In this document: one piece after another, positions 30,329 to 41,357 of the stretch | How positions within the stretch are numbered: the first letter of the stretch is position 1 | Layout of the letters: every line of letters starts with the position of its first letter | Assembly (NCBI GenBank): GCA_040222015.1 | Contig: JAVJWO010000040.1 | Span: 102,548 to 166,547, forward strand | Source: Coleofasciculus chthonoplastes F2-STO-03 | GTDB lineage: Bacteria > Cyanobacteriota > Cyanobacteriia > Cyanobacteriales > Coleofasciculaceae | Direction: 5' to 3' | DNA: 64,000 nucleotides | Notes under the pieces: model-generated | What the model saw: the letters and a program-made list of their open reading frames with translations, nothing else | The model's database searches: none | Told to the model about the DNA's origin: nothing | Program-made: the position numbers and the translations under genes

Positions 30329-30733
30329 TTAAGACGGACTGGTATTCTCCTCTGCCCGGTTAGAATTTTCTTGAAGCTGGTTGGACAACATGGAAATAAT
30401 TTGATCCACTTTCCGGCGATTTTGTTCACCAATCCATAACGGTAGAACTTGAGTCTCGGCTAATTGTAAGACTAGCGACATAATTTCACTGTTTGATGCC
30501 TCTCCATGGAGCAGTAAAACTAACATGGCTTGGTGTTCGTCTGCTATCTGTTTCGCTTTGGGCAAAATTTCCAGGGATTTAGCCCAGTGGACTGGGAACA
30601 TCAGGTGAGGCGGTTGATTGGCTCCAATGTCAACGAGGGTTGGCTCCAAAATAGTACAAGTACCGTCTTCTCTTTCATACCAAGGGTGACTATTGGGGGA
30701 GGAAGCTGCCTGTGATTGCATAAGATTGCCCAT
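30329..30733 (-). CDS. Conserved hypothetical protein
   Basis: 134-aa ORF with ATG start and folded-domain-like composition. Confidence 0.6.
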   Translation of the reverse strand: MGNLMQSQAASSPNSHPWYEREDGTCTILEPTLVDIGANQPPHLMFPVHWAKSLEILPKAKQIADEHQAMLVLLLHGEASNSEIMSLVLQLAETQVLPLWIGEQNRRKVDQIISMLSNQLQENSNRAEENTSPS

Positions 30734-31044
30734 TGATTATCTGGATTATTTTTGTTCTATTTAATCAAATTTTTTTTAAGATTGTCGAGCTTCTCTCAAG
30801 AAAATACCGTGGAATTACGGACAGGATAATTTGTCAAAAAATAAAATTCAGTAAATTCCACGAGTCGAGCTCTTGTCGGCAAAGTCTCTACATATCTACA
30901 ATGTTCTACAATTTTACCCGCAACAGTTCAGAACCCCTCATTCAGCTCGAACTGAGCTACCCTAATTAACTAGGTAGAGCCAACTAGCGCCACTGCCTCA
31001 TTGCTACAATCACACCCAACCGAGCAATCCCTGGAGATCGGCTG

Positions 31045-33114
31045 ATGAAACTGCTCTGGAATTCCCTCCTACTCTCCTTAGGCATCCTACTGCCAACTTC
31101 AACCTCTATCGTTTTAGCCGAGTCTGCGAAAACCCCTGAATCAATTGGTTCTACTCAGAATCTCACCATTTCAGATTCCCCAATTGAGCCAATTGTTCAG
31201 ACGCCAGATCCACTGCATCACCCGATGCAGATCGGATTACCTGAACAAATCGCGGTTGAACACCAATTACCTGCAAACCAGGCTGAAGCGATCGCGATTC
31301 CAGAGACTCCCTCAGCCGCTTCCACTTCAGTTATCGTCGCTGAGGATTCCTCGGAAACGCCAAAAACTATCGTCATTCCAGAGGCTGTACCCACTTCAAT
31401 TCCCGATACTGCAAGGGATAGAGGAGCAGGGGCAGCAGGGGCAGCAGAGGAAGCAGGGGAAGAAGAAAACTCAGCAGATGTAGAAGAGGACACCGAAACT
31501 ACAGCGCCAGACTCTATCGAAGTTGAGACAATAGAAATCCCAGAAACCGCCAGCGACGACTCCGCTGATACAGAAGAAGACACCGAAACTACCGCCGAAA
31601 ACTCGACTGAAGTCGAGACGACAGAAACCTCAGAAACCGCCAACGACGACTCGACTGATCCAGAAAAGGATACCGAAACCACCGCCGAAATCCCCGAACT
31701 GACGCCCGAAGAAAGGGAACGTCAGCAAAAGCTGATTGAAGCCGATCGCCTTTACATGAGCGGTCAATTTACCGCCGCCCAACAGCTTTATCAGGAAGCC
31801 AAAGCCTCTTTTGACACGGAAGCAGCCCTAGAGAAACCCGTCGCTATCTATGAGCCGACTGAACTCTCACCTGCGGGTGCGGTGTACTGGCGTCAGTCGG
31901 AAGAAGGGTTAGAACAGCAACTGGAAACCAAGATTCTTGTCCCCCTCCAGTTTTTAGTCGAACAGCAACCGGAATTTATCCCTGGTCATTTGCGCTATGC
32001 TCAAACCCTCCAGGAGTACGATCGCCAGGAGGAGGCGATTCAGGTATTGGAACGGGCGACAACGTTATATCCTAATGAGCCGGATTTAATTAAAGCCAAA
32101 GTTATCGCCCTAGCCGACACCAAACGTTGGTTAGAAGCCTCCCTCGCCGCCCGCCAGTTTGCTATGCTCAACTTCAATCATCCCCAAGCGGCGGAATTTG
32201 AGGTGTTGGCGGAGGAGAATTTAGAACGCTATCGATCGCGCTTGCGGAGTGAACTCAGAGGGAATGCGATCGCGAATGTGATTACGGGGGCGTTGGGTTA
32301 TATCTTTACCGGAAATCTCTTTGGTCCAATTTCGGCAATTGAAACCACCACATTAATGCTACGGGGAGAATCCGCCGTGGGGGAAAGTTTTGCTGAACGG
32401 GTACAAAAGCAACTCCCCATGATAGAAGATGAACAAGTGTTGGACTATGTTCGAGAAATTGGCAATAAACTCGCGATCGTAGCTGGGCGGGATGAGTTTG
32501 AGTATCAGTTTTATGTGGTTATGGATGACCAACTCAATGCCTTTGCTCTACCCGGTGGGAAGGTATTTGTCAATGCTGGCGCGATCATGAAAACAGACTC
32601 AGAGGCGGAGTTAGCGGGGTTATTGGCTCATGAACTGGCTCATGCCGTATTATCTCATGGCTTTCAGTTGGTAACAGAGGGGAATTTAATTGCCAATGTT
32701 ACCCAATATATTCCCTTTGGTCGCACTGCCACCAATTTAATTGTTCTCGACTATAGTCGAGACATGGAACGTCAGGCTGATGCGTTAGGGACAAAGATTT
32801 TAGTCGCTGGTGGCTATGCAGCAGATGGACTGCATAATCTTATGATTACGTTAAATGAACAAGACCGCGATCGCCCCTTATTTGCATGGCTGTCTACTCA
32901 CCCGAATACAGATGAACGGATTAGCAACATTGAAACCCTAATTGAGCGCAATGGGTACAACCGTTATACCTACGAAGGCGTCGCCCGACATTTGGAAATT
33001 CAAGCGCGAGTGGCGCAATTGCTCAAGGAATACGAAGCGCAACAGGAGTGCGAGGAAAATGATGAGTGTGAGCAAGAACAAGACCAAGAGCAAGAGGAGA
33101 TACTTGAAGAGTAG
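31045..33114 (+). CDS. M48 family metallopeptidase with TPR region and acidic linker
   Basis: NAFALPGG, ELAGLLAHELAH (HExxH), YSRDMERQAD, LSTHP; signal peptide. Confidence 0.92.
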   Translation: MKLLWNSLLLSLGILLPTSTSIVLAESAKTPESIGSTQNLTISDSPIEPIVQTPDPLHHPMQIGLPEQIAVEHQLPANQAEAIAIPETPSAASTSVIVAEDSSETPKTIVIPEAVPTSIPDTARDRGAGAAGAAEEAGEEENSADVEEDTETTAPDSIEVETIEIPETASDDSADTEEDTETTAENSTEVETTETSETANDDSTDPEKDTETTAEIPELTPEERERQQKLIEADRLYMSGQFTAAQQLYQEAKASFDTEAALEKPVAIYEPTELSPAGAVYWRQSEEGLEQQLETKILVPLQFLVEQQPEFIPGHLRYAQTLQEYDRQEEAIQVLERATTLYPNEPDLIKAKVIALADTKRWLEASLAARQFAMLNFNHPQAAEFEVLAEENLERYRSRLRSELRGNAIANVITGALGYIFTGNLFGPISAIETTTLMLRGESAVGESFAERVQKQLPMIEDEQVLDYVREIGNKLAIVAGRDEFEYQFYVVMDDQLNAFALPGGKVFVNAGAIMKTDSEAELAGLLAHELAHAVLSHGFQLVTEGNLIANVTQYIPFGRTATNLIVLDYSRDMERQADALGTKILVAGGYAADGLHNLMITLNEQDRDRPLFAWLSTHPNTDERISNIETLIERNGYNRYTYEGVARHLEIQARVAQLLKEYEAQQECEENDECEQEQDQEQEEILEE

Positions 33115-33484
33115 ATTGGTATTTTTATCTATCCATATCTTAAGCCTGGTTGAAAAGGAAATTGCACAAGCAAACGAAACAAAGTCTGCTTGATCTCGGA
33201 GTAACCAAAAACTAAGGGTGTGGAAACCCGCGCAGGCGGGTTTAGTTTGTGTAGCTGCGGTTTCAACCGCTAATCCTAATCCAGTCAGGAAAAAAACCAT
33301 TATCAAGATTTTTGGATACATTTTTTCTTTCTTTGTCAAGTGCCTATAGATGTATTGTGCAAAACTATACGGTAGAGATTTCTTTATAGTGTCCCGAATC
33401 ATCCAATCAATTCAACCTAACTGGTGAACTCTCCAGCAACTGAGTTCGCTACCCTGAAAGATAGTGACATAGGAGAGCTTAACG

Positions 33485-33844
33485 ATGAACGAACCAATTC
33501 GCACAGAAGAAAGCGTCGAGGAGATTAACGCTAACACTGTTCCTGTAGAAAATGAGTTACAGTCTATTGAACCCGACGTTGATAACACAACCCAAGTCAA
33601 TGTCGAAGAATTCACCATTAGTGGCGATGACTTAGTTGGCAAAGTGAGAGAACTGATCCATCAGGGTAACATTCGCCGGATTATCGTCAAGAACGAAGAG
33701 GATCAAATCTTAATCGAAATTCCCCTAACCGTTGGCGTCGTGGGTGGAGTCGTTGGTGTGACGCTGTTTCCCGTCATCGCTGCTGTCGGCGCGATCGGGG
33801 CGCTCGTTGCTCGTTTGAAACTCGTGATTGAGCGACGAGAATAA
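33485..33844 (+). CDS. DUF4342 domain protein
   Basis: EEFTISGDDLVGKVRELIHQGNIRRIIVKN...LIEIPLTVG. Confidence 0.8.
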   Translation: MNEPIRTEESVEEINANTVPVENELQSIEPDVDNTTQVNVEEFTISGDDLVGKVRELIHQGNIRRIIVKNEEDQILIEIPLTVGVVGGVVGVTLFPVIAAVGAIGALVARLKLVIERRE

Positions 33845-33982
33845 CTTTGGGGAAATTGGAAAAATCAGAGGATTGGGGAGGAAAAGCTTTTAAATCAGGG
33901 CGGGTTTTGTTGATCAGTTATCACTGACAAGCCAATTGAATGGCTAAACCCGCCCCTACAATTGACTACCTCCTCTCGCCCA

Positions 33983-34753
33983 TCAGCGCAAAAATTCTGA
34001 AGGCAAAAGGGGTTGATTTGTTTGTTCAGTTGTCAACGTCGGCGGGCGCACATTCCCAGGCGTTGGGGGTTTTGAGGGAAGTTCATAGCGCTGCGTTCCC
34101 CAACCCCAATTCCTATCTTCAGGTTTAACCACAGGGGGAGTTTTTCGACCCGTTGGCAGAGGAATCCGTTGGCTTTGAGTGACCTTAACATAAGGCTGAC
34201 CCTCGTTGGTAAAGCGAACCAATTGACCTTCTAGTTCGGGTGTTTGGATGGTTTGATTTTCTACAGTTGGCAGTTGACCCTGTGGATCAAATAATGCTAC
34301 AAATGATACATCAGCAGAGGGTTGCAAGGAGTCACCAATGGGCGATTGATCCAGTTGCCATGCTTCCCGGAAATGTCCATCGGGCGCTACTTGCCATAAA
34401 TTTAGCGTGGCTTGCCATTTTCCGTCCTCAACTCTGACTACTTGACGATCCAGAATGGAATAAGGAGAATACGATTCACCGCGATAAACCGCCTGATCCG
34501 GAAACCGTAAATCGCGAATTGCGGCTACGGTAATTTGACTTTGATCAGGGAGATTAGTTGTGCCACTCAAGCTGTAGAACCCAGGACGACCTGCGGCTTG
34601 GGCGTTGAGTGTTAAATTGATATCGGCTGAGTCTTGAAATGAACAGCTTGTACACCAAAGCAATAGTAGGACTACAATCGTCCAATTCCGAAAAAAAGAT
34701 AGGCGGCGCATTTTAAGGGCAGACGGTTGGTAAGATTGACTGAGCATAGTCAT
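33983..34753 (-). CDS. Hypothetical lipoprotein-like protein
   Basis: Hydrophobic leader ending in Cys; GTTNLPD, LNLWQVAPDG motifs. Confidence 0.65.
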   Translation of the reverse strand: MTMLSQSYQPSALKMRRLSFFRNWTIVVLLLLWCTSCSFQDSADINLTLNAQAAGRPGFYSLSGTTNLPDQSQITVAAIRDLRFPDQAVYRGESYSPYSILDRQVVRVEDGKWQATLNLWQVAPDGHFREAWQLDQSPIGDSLQPSADVSFVALFDPQGQLPTVENQTIQTPELEGQLVRFTNEGQPYVKVTQSQRIPLPTGRKTPPVVKPEDRNWGWGTQRYELPSKPPTPGNVRPPTLTTEQTNQPLLPSEFLR

Positions 34754-35216
34754 TCGTCATTTGTCATTAATTGAGATGCTTCCCTAACCGACTACGTCTG
34801 GAACAGCATCGGATTTGATGGCTGAACCAATGTTATAGTAGTCCTATCGACTGACTATCATAGCAATTTTATTGGCATACTGTGTAGGTATGTACGATCA
34901 AATCTTGGAGCTGGGATAAACGAAGGTATATCTTAAGCTGTCATACATTTAAATTGGGTATAAGTCGCGAGTTAATTGCACGACAAGGATTCGGCAATTC
35001 TTGACGACAAGGTTTAAATAACGAACCGCTTAGACATTGCCTCATTTTAAGGAATAAGCTGTCATGCATTTAAATTGCGTATTAGTAGCGAGCAAGATGC
35101 TCGCACTACTTGGTGGGATTGAAGGTCAACCGAAGCTTTCCTTGTCCCCTACTGTACAATAATTGAACAAGCAGACCTGATAGGAATAACGCGCTGGCAG
35201 AATGCTGGCTTAGATC

Positions 35217-38200
35217 ATGGCTGATCCAAACTGGGAAACCCTGAAAACGTTTCTCCACCAATTGTTGTTGATTACTTTACCCAGCAACGAGGATGTATCT
35301 GTGGTGCATACGTTCCTGGCAGAGAACTCTGATAAGCTGAATGAGACGTTTGCCCTGGTGCTACAGGAATGGGCGATCGCAAGTTTGGCTGAATTGGATG
35401 AGCCTCACAAGCCGGATCTGGCGAGACGCCTAGGGGGAATTAGTCAATTCATTAACCAGTTTCCTGGCGGCGATCGCACGGATAATCTGGAAATTGTCCG
35501 CATTGGCTACGAAATTGCCGCTCAGGTTTTCACTCAGGCTGATGATCCCCAGGATTGGGCGGAAACTAACTATTATTTGGGGTTAATTTACTTAGAGCGG
35601 AATAAAGGCGATCGCATTCAGAACCTACGCCAAGCCATTCAACGATTGGAAGCCGCTTTAACCGTCTACACCGCCGCGTTTCCCGATCAACGAGCCGAGA
35701 TAGAAATGCATCTGGAATGCGCCTACCTAGAAATTCGACAGCATGAGTCAATTGAACCCAGCCATCCTATCCTATCCTCAACCCCTGCATCGTCTCCGTC
35801 AGCAACCCCCCAAGTCAGTGAAGCCGACATAGCCGCGATTCAACCCCCTGCATTTCGTGCGATCGCTCAAAGCCTACTCGATGCGGAAAAGTTAACCGCC
35901 TTAGAAATTACTCCCGCTTCCCAGGAAAAGGCGGAACCCTTACCCCAAGATTTACCCAAGGTTCTCCATTACGCCTTAAATACCATTGGTATCAACTCTC
36001 TGTGGTCCCATCAGTACGCCTCATTACAGGCGTTGCGTCAAGGGGGAGATATTTTACTCTCAACCCCAACAGCCAGTGGCAAAACTCTGGCGTTTCTTCT
36101 CCCGATTCTGGAAACCTGTCTGATCAATCCCCACGCCACCGCCCTATTTATTTTTCCCTTAAAGGCGTTGGCGGTAGATCAGTTGCGGCAAATTCACGAC
36201 ATTATTGACCTTATCCCGAAGTTTCAGCGGATTAATGTAGTCATGCTGACGGGAGATGTTCCCATGGCTGAACGGATTAAATTATTAGAACAATCGCCGC
36301 AAATTATTTGTATCACCCCTGACTTACTCCACCATCAACTTTTTAAAGTTTTTAAACCGCAATGGCAATCGTGGCAATGGTTTCTGACAAATCTGCGTTA
36401 TTTAGTGATTGATGAAGCCCATACTTATCGCGGTAGTTTTGGTGCCCACTTTGCCAATCTAATGCGACGATTACGATTAGCGATCGACCAAAGTGGTGGC
36501 GATTCCACTCAATTACAACATATCTTTGCCACGGCGACGATTGGCAATCCAGGGGAATTAGCCGAAACCTTTAGTGGCAGACAGGGAAATTTATCCCTAA
36601 TCGAGAACAGTGGTGCAGCAACGGCGGCGCGGACAACCCTCTGTTTAGCCCCATCTAAGTATGCCAATATGGACTCTTGTGCGATTGTCTTATCTTGGTT
36701 AGAGCAAGGATTGAAGGGGATTGTTTTTTGTAATAGTCGCATCTCCCTCAAATCTCTCTTAAATCAAATCCAAGAACATCTAGAGCAACGGGGACAAGGC
36801 TATCTTAAATCCCAAGTGAGGATATTTTATGGTTCCCTTAAATCTCATCATCGTCGCCAAATTATTCAGCAACTGAGTGCGGGAGAAATTAGCATTATTC
36901 TGGCAACCTCAGCCTTAGAAGCAGGGATTGATATTCCGGAACTGGATTGTTGCTTACTGCGCGGTTATCCCGGTTCACTGATGCAGTTACGTCAACGTCA
37001 AGGAAGGGCGGGACGGAAAAGCCCTGGTTTAGTGATTTTTCTGCCCATTGCCCAAAACGCTTTGGATTATTTTTATGGGAATAACCCGGACTTATTGTTA
37101 AGAGGTGAAGTTGAAAGTGCGGTATGTAATCCCGATTACCAAGTTTTCCTCAAACAGCATTTACTTTGTGGGGCTTGTGAGAGTGGTATTCCGTTGGATA
37201 AATTCTATCAGTATTTTGGTCAGTCTGCCGCAGACATTGCCATTCAGTTGCTAAATCAAAACCAGTTATCCCTCTCTCGCCACCAGCACTTGTGGACGAA
37301 ACCTTATCCCCATAAAGAAGTGCAAATGCGAGGAACGAACCATTTTACGGTGACATTAGTGGATCAACAGACGGGGGAAGAATTTGAGGAATTGGATGAA
37401 AAACACGCCCAGCGAGAAGTATTTCCTGAGGCAATTTATCAGTATCAGTCGCCCGGAGGAGAGCGAGTTTGGTATTCTTGTCAAAGTCTGGATTTGCAGA
37501 ATCAAAAGGCAATTTTAAAACCTTTAGCTGAAGATCCCCAACAGTTAACTCGGGCGGAGCAAGAAACGGAGATTGAACTCAAATCTCACTTAGCTGAACC
37601 GAAGATTTTGCAAACAAGAATTCCGGATGGACGAATCCGCTTAATTCTAGGTTGGGGAGAAATTACCGATTACGTGACTGGATATACACTCTACAGTCTA
37701 GAATACGATAAAACCTGTCAAAACTTTCAATGCAAGCGTTACCATACACCTGTCAAAGAAGCGCAATGTCCAGACTGTCGGCGCAGGACACGGTTTGCTG
37801 AAATCCAGAAACGGATTAAAACGGTGAATTTTGAGCAGCCTTATTTAACTCGACTGGAAGCACCTGTACTGCAAATCGAAGTTAATCAACCGATTCAGGA
37901 CTATTTGAATCAACAGGTTAAACAGGTCAAACAAAAATTGATTCAGCAGTATGGCAAGAATATTCCTAGTGAGTATACCTGTCTTTGGTCTTGTCCGCCA
38001 GAACAGATTGCAATACATTCTATTACTCACCAAATTAATTTGGCTGTACCCTTATTAATTTTGAGTGAGACTCAGGAGGTAAATAGTCTAATCGTAAACA
38101 AACCTAATCGTCAACACACCTTACCCACAATTGGGTATTGGTTTGATACAACACCAGGGGGAAATGGGGTATCCGAGGCTATTTTTCATCGCTTCTGGGA

Positions 38201-38378
38201 CTTTGCGTTCAAGGCTAAGGTGTTAGCAGCAGGGTGTGACTGTGAGCCGGGTTGTCCTCGCTGTTTGATGCAGCACAGTTGTCCTGAAAGTAATGCGGCG
38301 TTGAACAAGAGTTTGGGACTTTCACTATTGGAAATTATCAGTCAGATGGAGACGTTACCTCTCACTTCTGAAAGTTAG
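35217..38378 (+). CDS. SF2 DEAH helicase with C-terminal DUF1998 Zn domain (YprA/MrfA/Hrq1-like) and N-terminal TPR module
   Basis: TPTASGKT, FPLKALAVDQ, VIDEAH, ATATIGNP, ATSALEAGIDI, QRQGRAGR; C-terminal D..PGGNG and CDC..GCPRC...C. Confidence 0.9.
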   Translation: MADPNWETLKTFLHQLLLITLPSNEDVSVVHTFLAENSDKLNETFALVLQEWAIASLAELDEPHKPDLARRLGGISQFINQFPGGDRTDNLEIVRIGYEIAAQVFTQADDPQDWAETNYYLGLIYLERNKGDRIQNLRQAIQRLEAALTVYTAAFPDQRAEIEMHLECAYLEIRQHESIEPSHPILSSTPASSPSATPQVSEADIAAIQPPAFRAIAQSLLDAEKLTALEITPASQEKAEPLPQDLPKVLHYALNTIGINSLWSHQYASLQALRQGGDILLSTPTASGKTLAFLLPILETCLINPHATALFIFPLKALAVDQLRQIHDIIDLIPKFQRINVVMLTGDVPMAERIKLLEQSPQIICITPDLLHHQLFKVFKPQWQSWQWFLTNLRYLVIDEAHTYRGSFGAHFANLMRRLRLAIDQSGGDSTQLQHIFATATIGNPGELAETFSGRQGNLSLIENSGAATAARTTLCLAPSKYANMDSCAIVLSWLEQGLKGIVFCNSRISLKSLLNQIQEHLEQRGQGYLKSQVRIFYGSLKSHHRRQIIQQLSAGEISIILATSALEAGIDIPELDCCLLRGYPGSLMQLRQRQGRAGRKSPGLVIFLPIAQNALDYFYGNNPDLLLRGEVESAVCNPDYQVFLKQHLLCGACESGIPLDKFYQYFGQSAADIAIQLLNQNQLSLSRHQHLWTKPYPHKEVQMRGTNHFTVTLVDQQTGEEFEELDEKHAQREVFPEAIYQYQSPGGERVWYSCQSLDLQNQKAILKPLAEDPQQLTRAEQETEIELKSHLAEPKILQTRIPDGRIRLILGWGEITDYVTGYTLYSLEYDKTCQNFQCKRYHTPVKEAQCPDCRRRTRFAEIQKRIKTVNFEQPYLTRLEAPVLQIEVNQPIQDYLNQQVKQVKQKLIQQYGKNIPSEYTCLWSCPPEQIAIHSITHQINLAVPLLILSETQEVNSLIVNKPNRQHTLPTIGYWFDTTPGGNGVSEAIFHRFWDFAFKAKVLAAGCDCEPGCPRCLMQHSCPESNAALNKSLGLSLLEIISQMETLPLTSES

Positions 38379-38484
38379 GATAAAGCTGCCCTACTTACTC
38401 TACTCATAAGTCTATCTTATAGATAATTCTCAGTTCTATATTGTACATTAGACTGCAACTTGGTATAAAACAACGGATGAGGGG

Positions 38485-39774
38485 ATGGCAAAATTAGGGT
38501 ATCGACCTGTCGCCATTGATTTATTTGCAGGTGTTGGTGGGTTTTCCTTGGGAATCGAACAGGCGGGGTTTGATGTAGCGATCGCAATAGAAAAAGACCC
38601 GATTCACGCGGCTGTCTATGGGTTTAACTTTCCCCAGACTCATGTCTTGTGCGCGGATGTGACTGAGTTGACAGGAACACATATCCAAGAAGCCTTGCGG
38701 GATTGGTACGATCGCCAAAAACGTCCGGTTCTAGTTAGCGATCGCGACAGGATGGACATAGACTTAGTATTTGGTGGACCCCCTTGTCAGGGATTCTCTG
38801 GCATGGGGAAACGTCAGATTTGTGACAAACGAAACCTTTTAGTCTTTGAGTTTTGTCGCTTGGTCAAAGAACTTCAGCCTCGTTATTTTCTCATGGAGAA
38901 TGTTCCGGGTTTAGGGTGGAAAAAATACCAAGACTTGTTGAATCGGTTCCAGTACGAGTTTACAGCAGCCGGATATGAGATAACTCAACCGATACAAGTC
39001 CTAAACGCGGTTAATTTCGGTGTCCCCCAGCAGCGACAACGGTTATTTGTATTGGGAAATCAGGTGGGAGTTAAACCTTTAACCTATCCTCAACCTCAAT
39101 TGCAATCACCCTCTGAATTTTGTACCGTTCGGGATGCGATCGCGGATTTACCGAATTTAGATGATTTTACTGAACTCCAGACCTTAGACTCGGTAGAACT
39201 GACACTCCCCCAGTTACAATTACTCCAGGCATTAGCGATGCCTTACGTAGAAAAACTACGAAATATCATCACCGATCCCTTTAATTTCGCCCATCCCCGC
39301 CAATGGAATCCGTTCCTCTTAACCAGTTCTAAGCGAACCCGACATAATCTAGCCTCTATTGAACGGTTTAATCAAACACCACCTGGTCAATTGGAAGCAA
39401 TTAGTCGCTTACAACGCCTAGACTGGGGCAAACCCTGCTACACTCTACGGGCAGGTACTGGATATGATCGGGGTAGCTATACTTCCCCCCGTCCCATTCA
39501 TCCTGAATATCCACGGGTAATTTCAGTACGAGAAGCCGCACGTTTACATTCATTTCCGGACTGGTTTCGCTTTCATGTTACGAAATGGCATGGATTTCGA
39601 CAGGTAGGGAATGCTGTACCGCCACGACTCGGGCGAGTCTTAGGTGATCAAATCATCGCCGCCTTAGGAGTTGAACCCTCGCCGCCAACCCTTACCCTCA
39701 CCCTAAGAGACTCGCACCTATTAGAATTAGGTCAGGTCAAAGCATTTAAGTATTGGAAACAAAAGACCTATTAA
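38485..39774 (+). CDS. DNA (cytosine-5)-methyltransferase
   Basis: DLFAGVGG (motif I), GGPPCQGFS (IV), ENVPG (VI), QQRQR (VIII), REAARLHSFPD (IX), QVGNAVPP (X). Confidence 0.95.
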   Translation: MAKLGYRPVAIDLFAGVGGFSLGIEQAGFDVAIAIEKDPIHAAVYGFNFPQTHVLCADVTELTGTHIQEALRDWYDRQKRPVLVSDRDRMDIDLVFGGPPCQGFSGMGKRQICDKRNLLVFEFCRLVKELQPRYFLMENVPGLGWKKYQDLLNRFQYEFTAAGYEITQPIQVLNAVNFGVPQQRQRLFVLGNQVGVKPLTYPQPQLQSPSEFCTVRDAIADLPNLDDFTELQTLDSVELTLPQLQLLQALAMPYVEKLRNIITDPFNFAHPRQWNPFLLTSSKRTRHNLASIERFNQTPPGQLEAISRLQRLDWGKPCYTLRAGTGYDRGSYTSPRPIHPEYPRVISVREAARLHSFPDWFRFHVTKWHGFRQVGNAVPPRLGRVLGDQIIAALGVEPSPPTLTLTLRDSHLLELGQVKAFKYWKQKTY

Positions 39775-40180
39775 TTAGGTGGGGACAATTAAAGTTAACG
39801 GTGAAGATGGTCATTCGTCATTCGTCATTTGTCCTTTGTAAGGGTTTGAGGAGTATTTATATAACTGAACATAGTTAAGTTTATTTCCACCAACCTACTT
39901 AAGATATCCGTAGGGTGGGCATTGCCCACCAACCTTAAGGAGTGTGCCATTCAGCTTAAGTCATAGTGTCACTCCCAAGATTTTGTGATTTAGATCACCT
40001 AAAGAAGACAAACTTATCATAATCCTTCATCAGGAAGCATCACTTGGCGAATCAATACTTATCACAATTTTGGTTAAGTCATAATCACTGACAATCGGCT
40101 GATTTGATCACGTTAGAAAATCGATAAGTTCTTTAATATATTTTATACAAGGAGAGATACACCACGTTGCCAAAGACCCA

Positions 40181-40384
40181 ATGAAATCTGCTCAAGTTTG
40201 CTTTCCCAAATTTCCCGTCCAGCAAATTGCCCATCGCATTATTGATATGCGTCAAATTAGCTGGATTGATCAACAACTGTTTATGTCAGCCCTTTTATCG
40301 AAGCAATCACTCTCAATGGAAGAGGAACACTTAGTTGAACGGATTTATGAAGGTTTAAATCGAGGATGGATTCGAGTCGTTTAA
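40181..40384 (+). CDS. Small hypothetical protein
   Basis: 67-aa ORF resembling small cyanobacterial proteins ending ...GWIRVV. Confidence 0.55.
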   Translation: MKSAQVCFPKFPVQQIAHRIIDMRQISWIDQQLFMSALLSKQSLSMEEEHLVERIYEGLNRGWIRVV

Positions 40385-40523
40385 TAGAATTAATTTGGGC
40401 TTATCAATTAATATCTCCCCTAGCTCCCAGACGTGCCATGGCACGTCTCTACATTGGCTTCCCCAGCTTCCCCCAGATTAATTGTATCTACGAAGCTGCT
40501 CAAGTATGTTCATGCCCGCTGCA

Positions 40524-41303
40524 TTAGATTCGACCACTACCAATTTTTGGTAGAACTTCCTTTGCCCATAATTCATCAGAAATTTTAATTTGCTTGTCTT
40601 CGGGAACTCTTTGATTATATTGCTCTAATAACGCTGTAATAAGTTGAATATACTCTTTCAGTAAATCCCGAATTTCTTGTCGGGCTAATAAATTATAAGA
40701 ATTTGATGTATTATTTTTTGCACTGAATTGCCGAATTACAGGCGCATTGAAGACAATCCAAATAAATGGAGAATTAATAACTTCTTCCATCAATTCAATG
40801 AGTTCAGGTTGTAAAAATAAACAATATTTTTCCATCGTGCGGTTTAAGGAATCCTTAAACTGCGAACATTCACGTAATAGATAATCTGACCAATCCGCTT
40901 CAATTGCGCCCAATACAGGGGCTGGTTTTGAAAAATCTAGAAATGCTAATTCTTCAAAAAATGTATGATCAAATAAGTCAACGACTGTTTGATAATTTTT
41001 ATCGGGTTTTTCGGCAATAGCCGCCTTAAACATATTAAAAAATAAATAAAAGTGACGTCGAAGCGGTCTCCTTAGTTGCAGTAATGCCACAGCTTCTAAT
41101 TTTCTGCGTTGATTTTCTTGATCGATCGCAATGACCCGATCAATCGAAAAGACGACAATTAGAATGCCAGTAATTTCTGAGGCAATATCTAAAGAAAAGG
41201 ATTTGAGCCAAGGATATTGACCCGAACTGATGAAATAAATGAAAAAGCAGCAGCCCAATAAGATAGGAAGTACAACATAAGGAGTTTTGAAAGATTTTCT
41301 CAT
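40524..41303 (-). CDS. Hypothetical membrane protein (2 N-terminal TMs)
   Basis: 259-aa AT-rich ORF. Confidence 0.65.
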   Translation of the reverse strand: MRKSFKTPYVVLPILLGCCFFIYFISSGQYPWLKSFSLDIASEITGILIVVFSIDRVIAIDQENQRRKLEAVALLQLRRPLRRHFYLFFNMFKAAIAEKPDKNYQTVVDLFDHTFFEELAFLDFSKPAPVLGAIEADWSDYLLRECSQFKDSLNRTMEKYCLFLQPELIELMEEVINSPFIWIVFNAPVIRQFSAKNNTSNSYNLLARQEIRDLLKEYIQLITALLEQYNQRVPEDKQIKISDELWAKEVLPKIGSGRI

Positions 41304-41357
41304 CTTATCGCCTGCTACTTTGCTTGAGCGTCCGGGTTATTGAGAAAAGATACTCTT

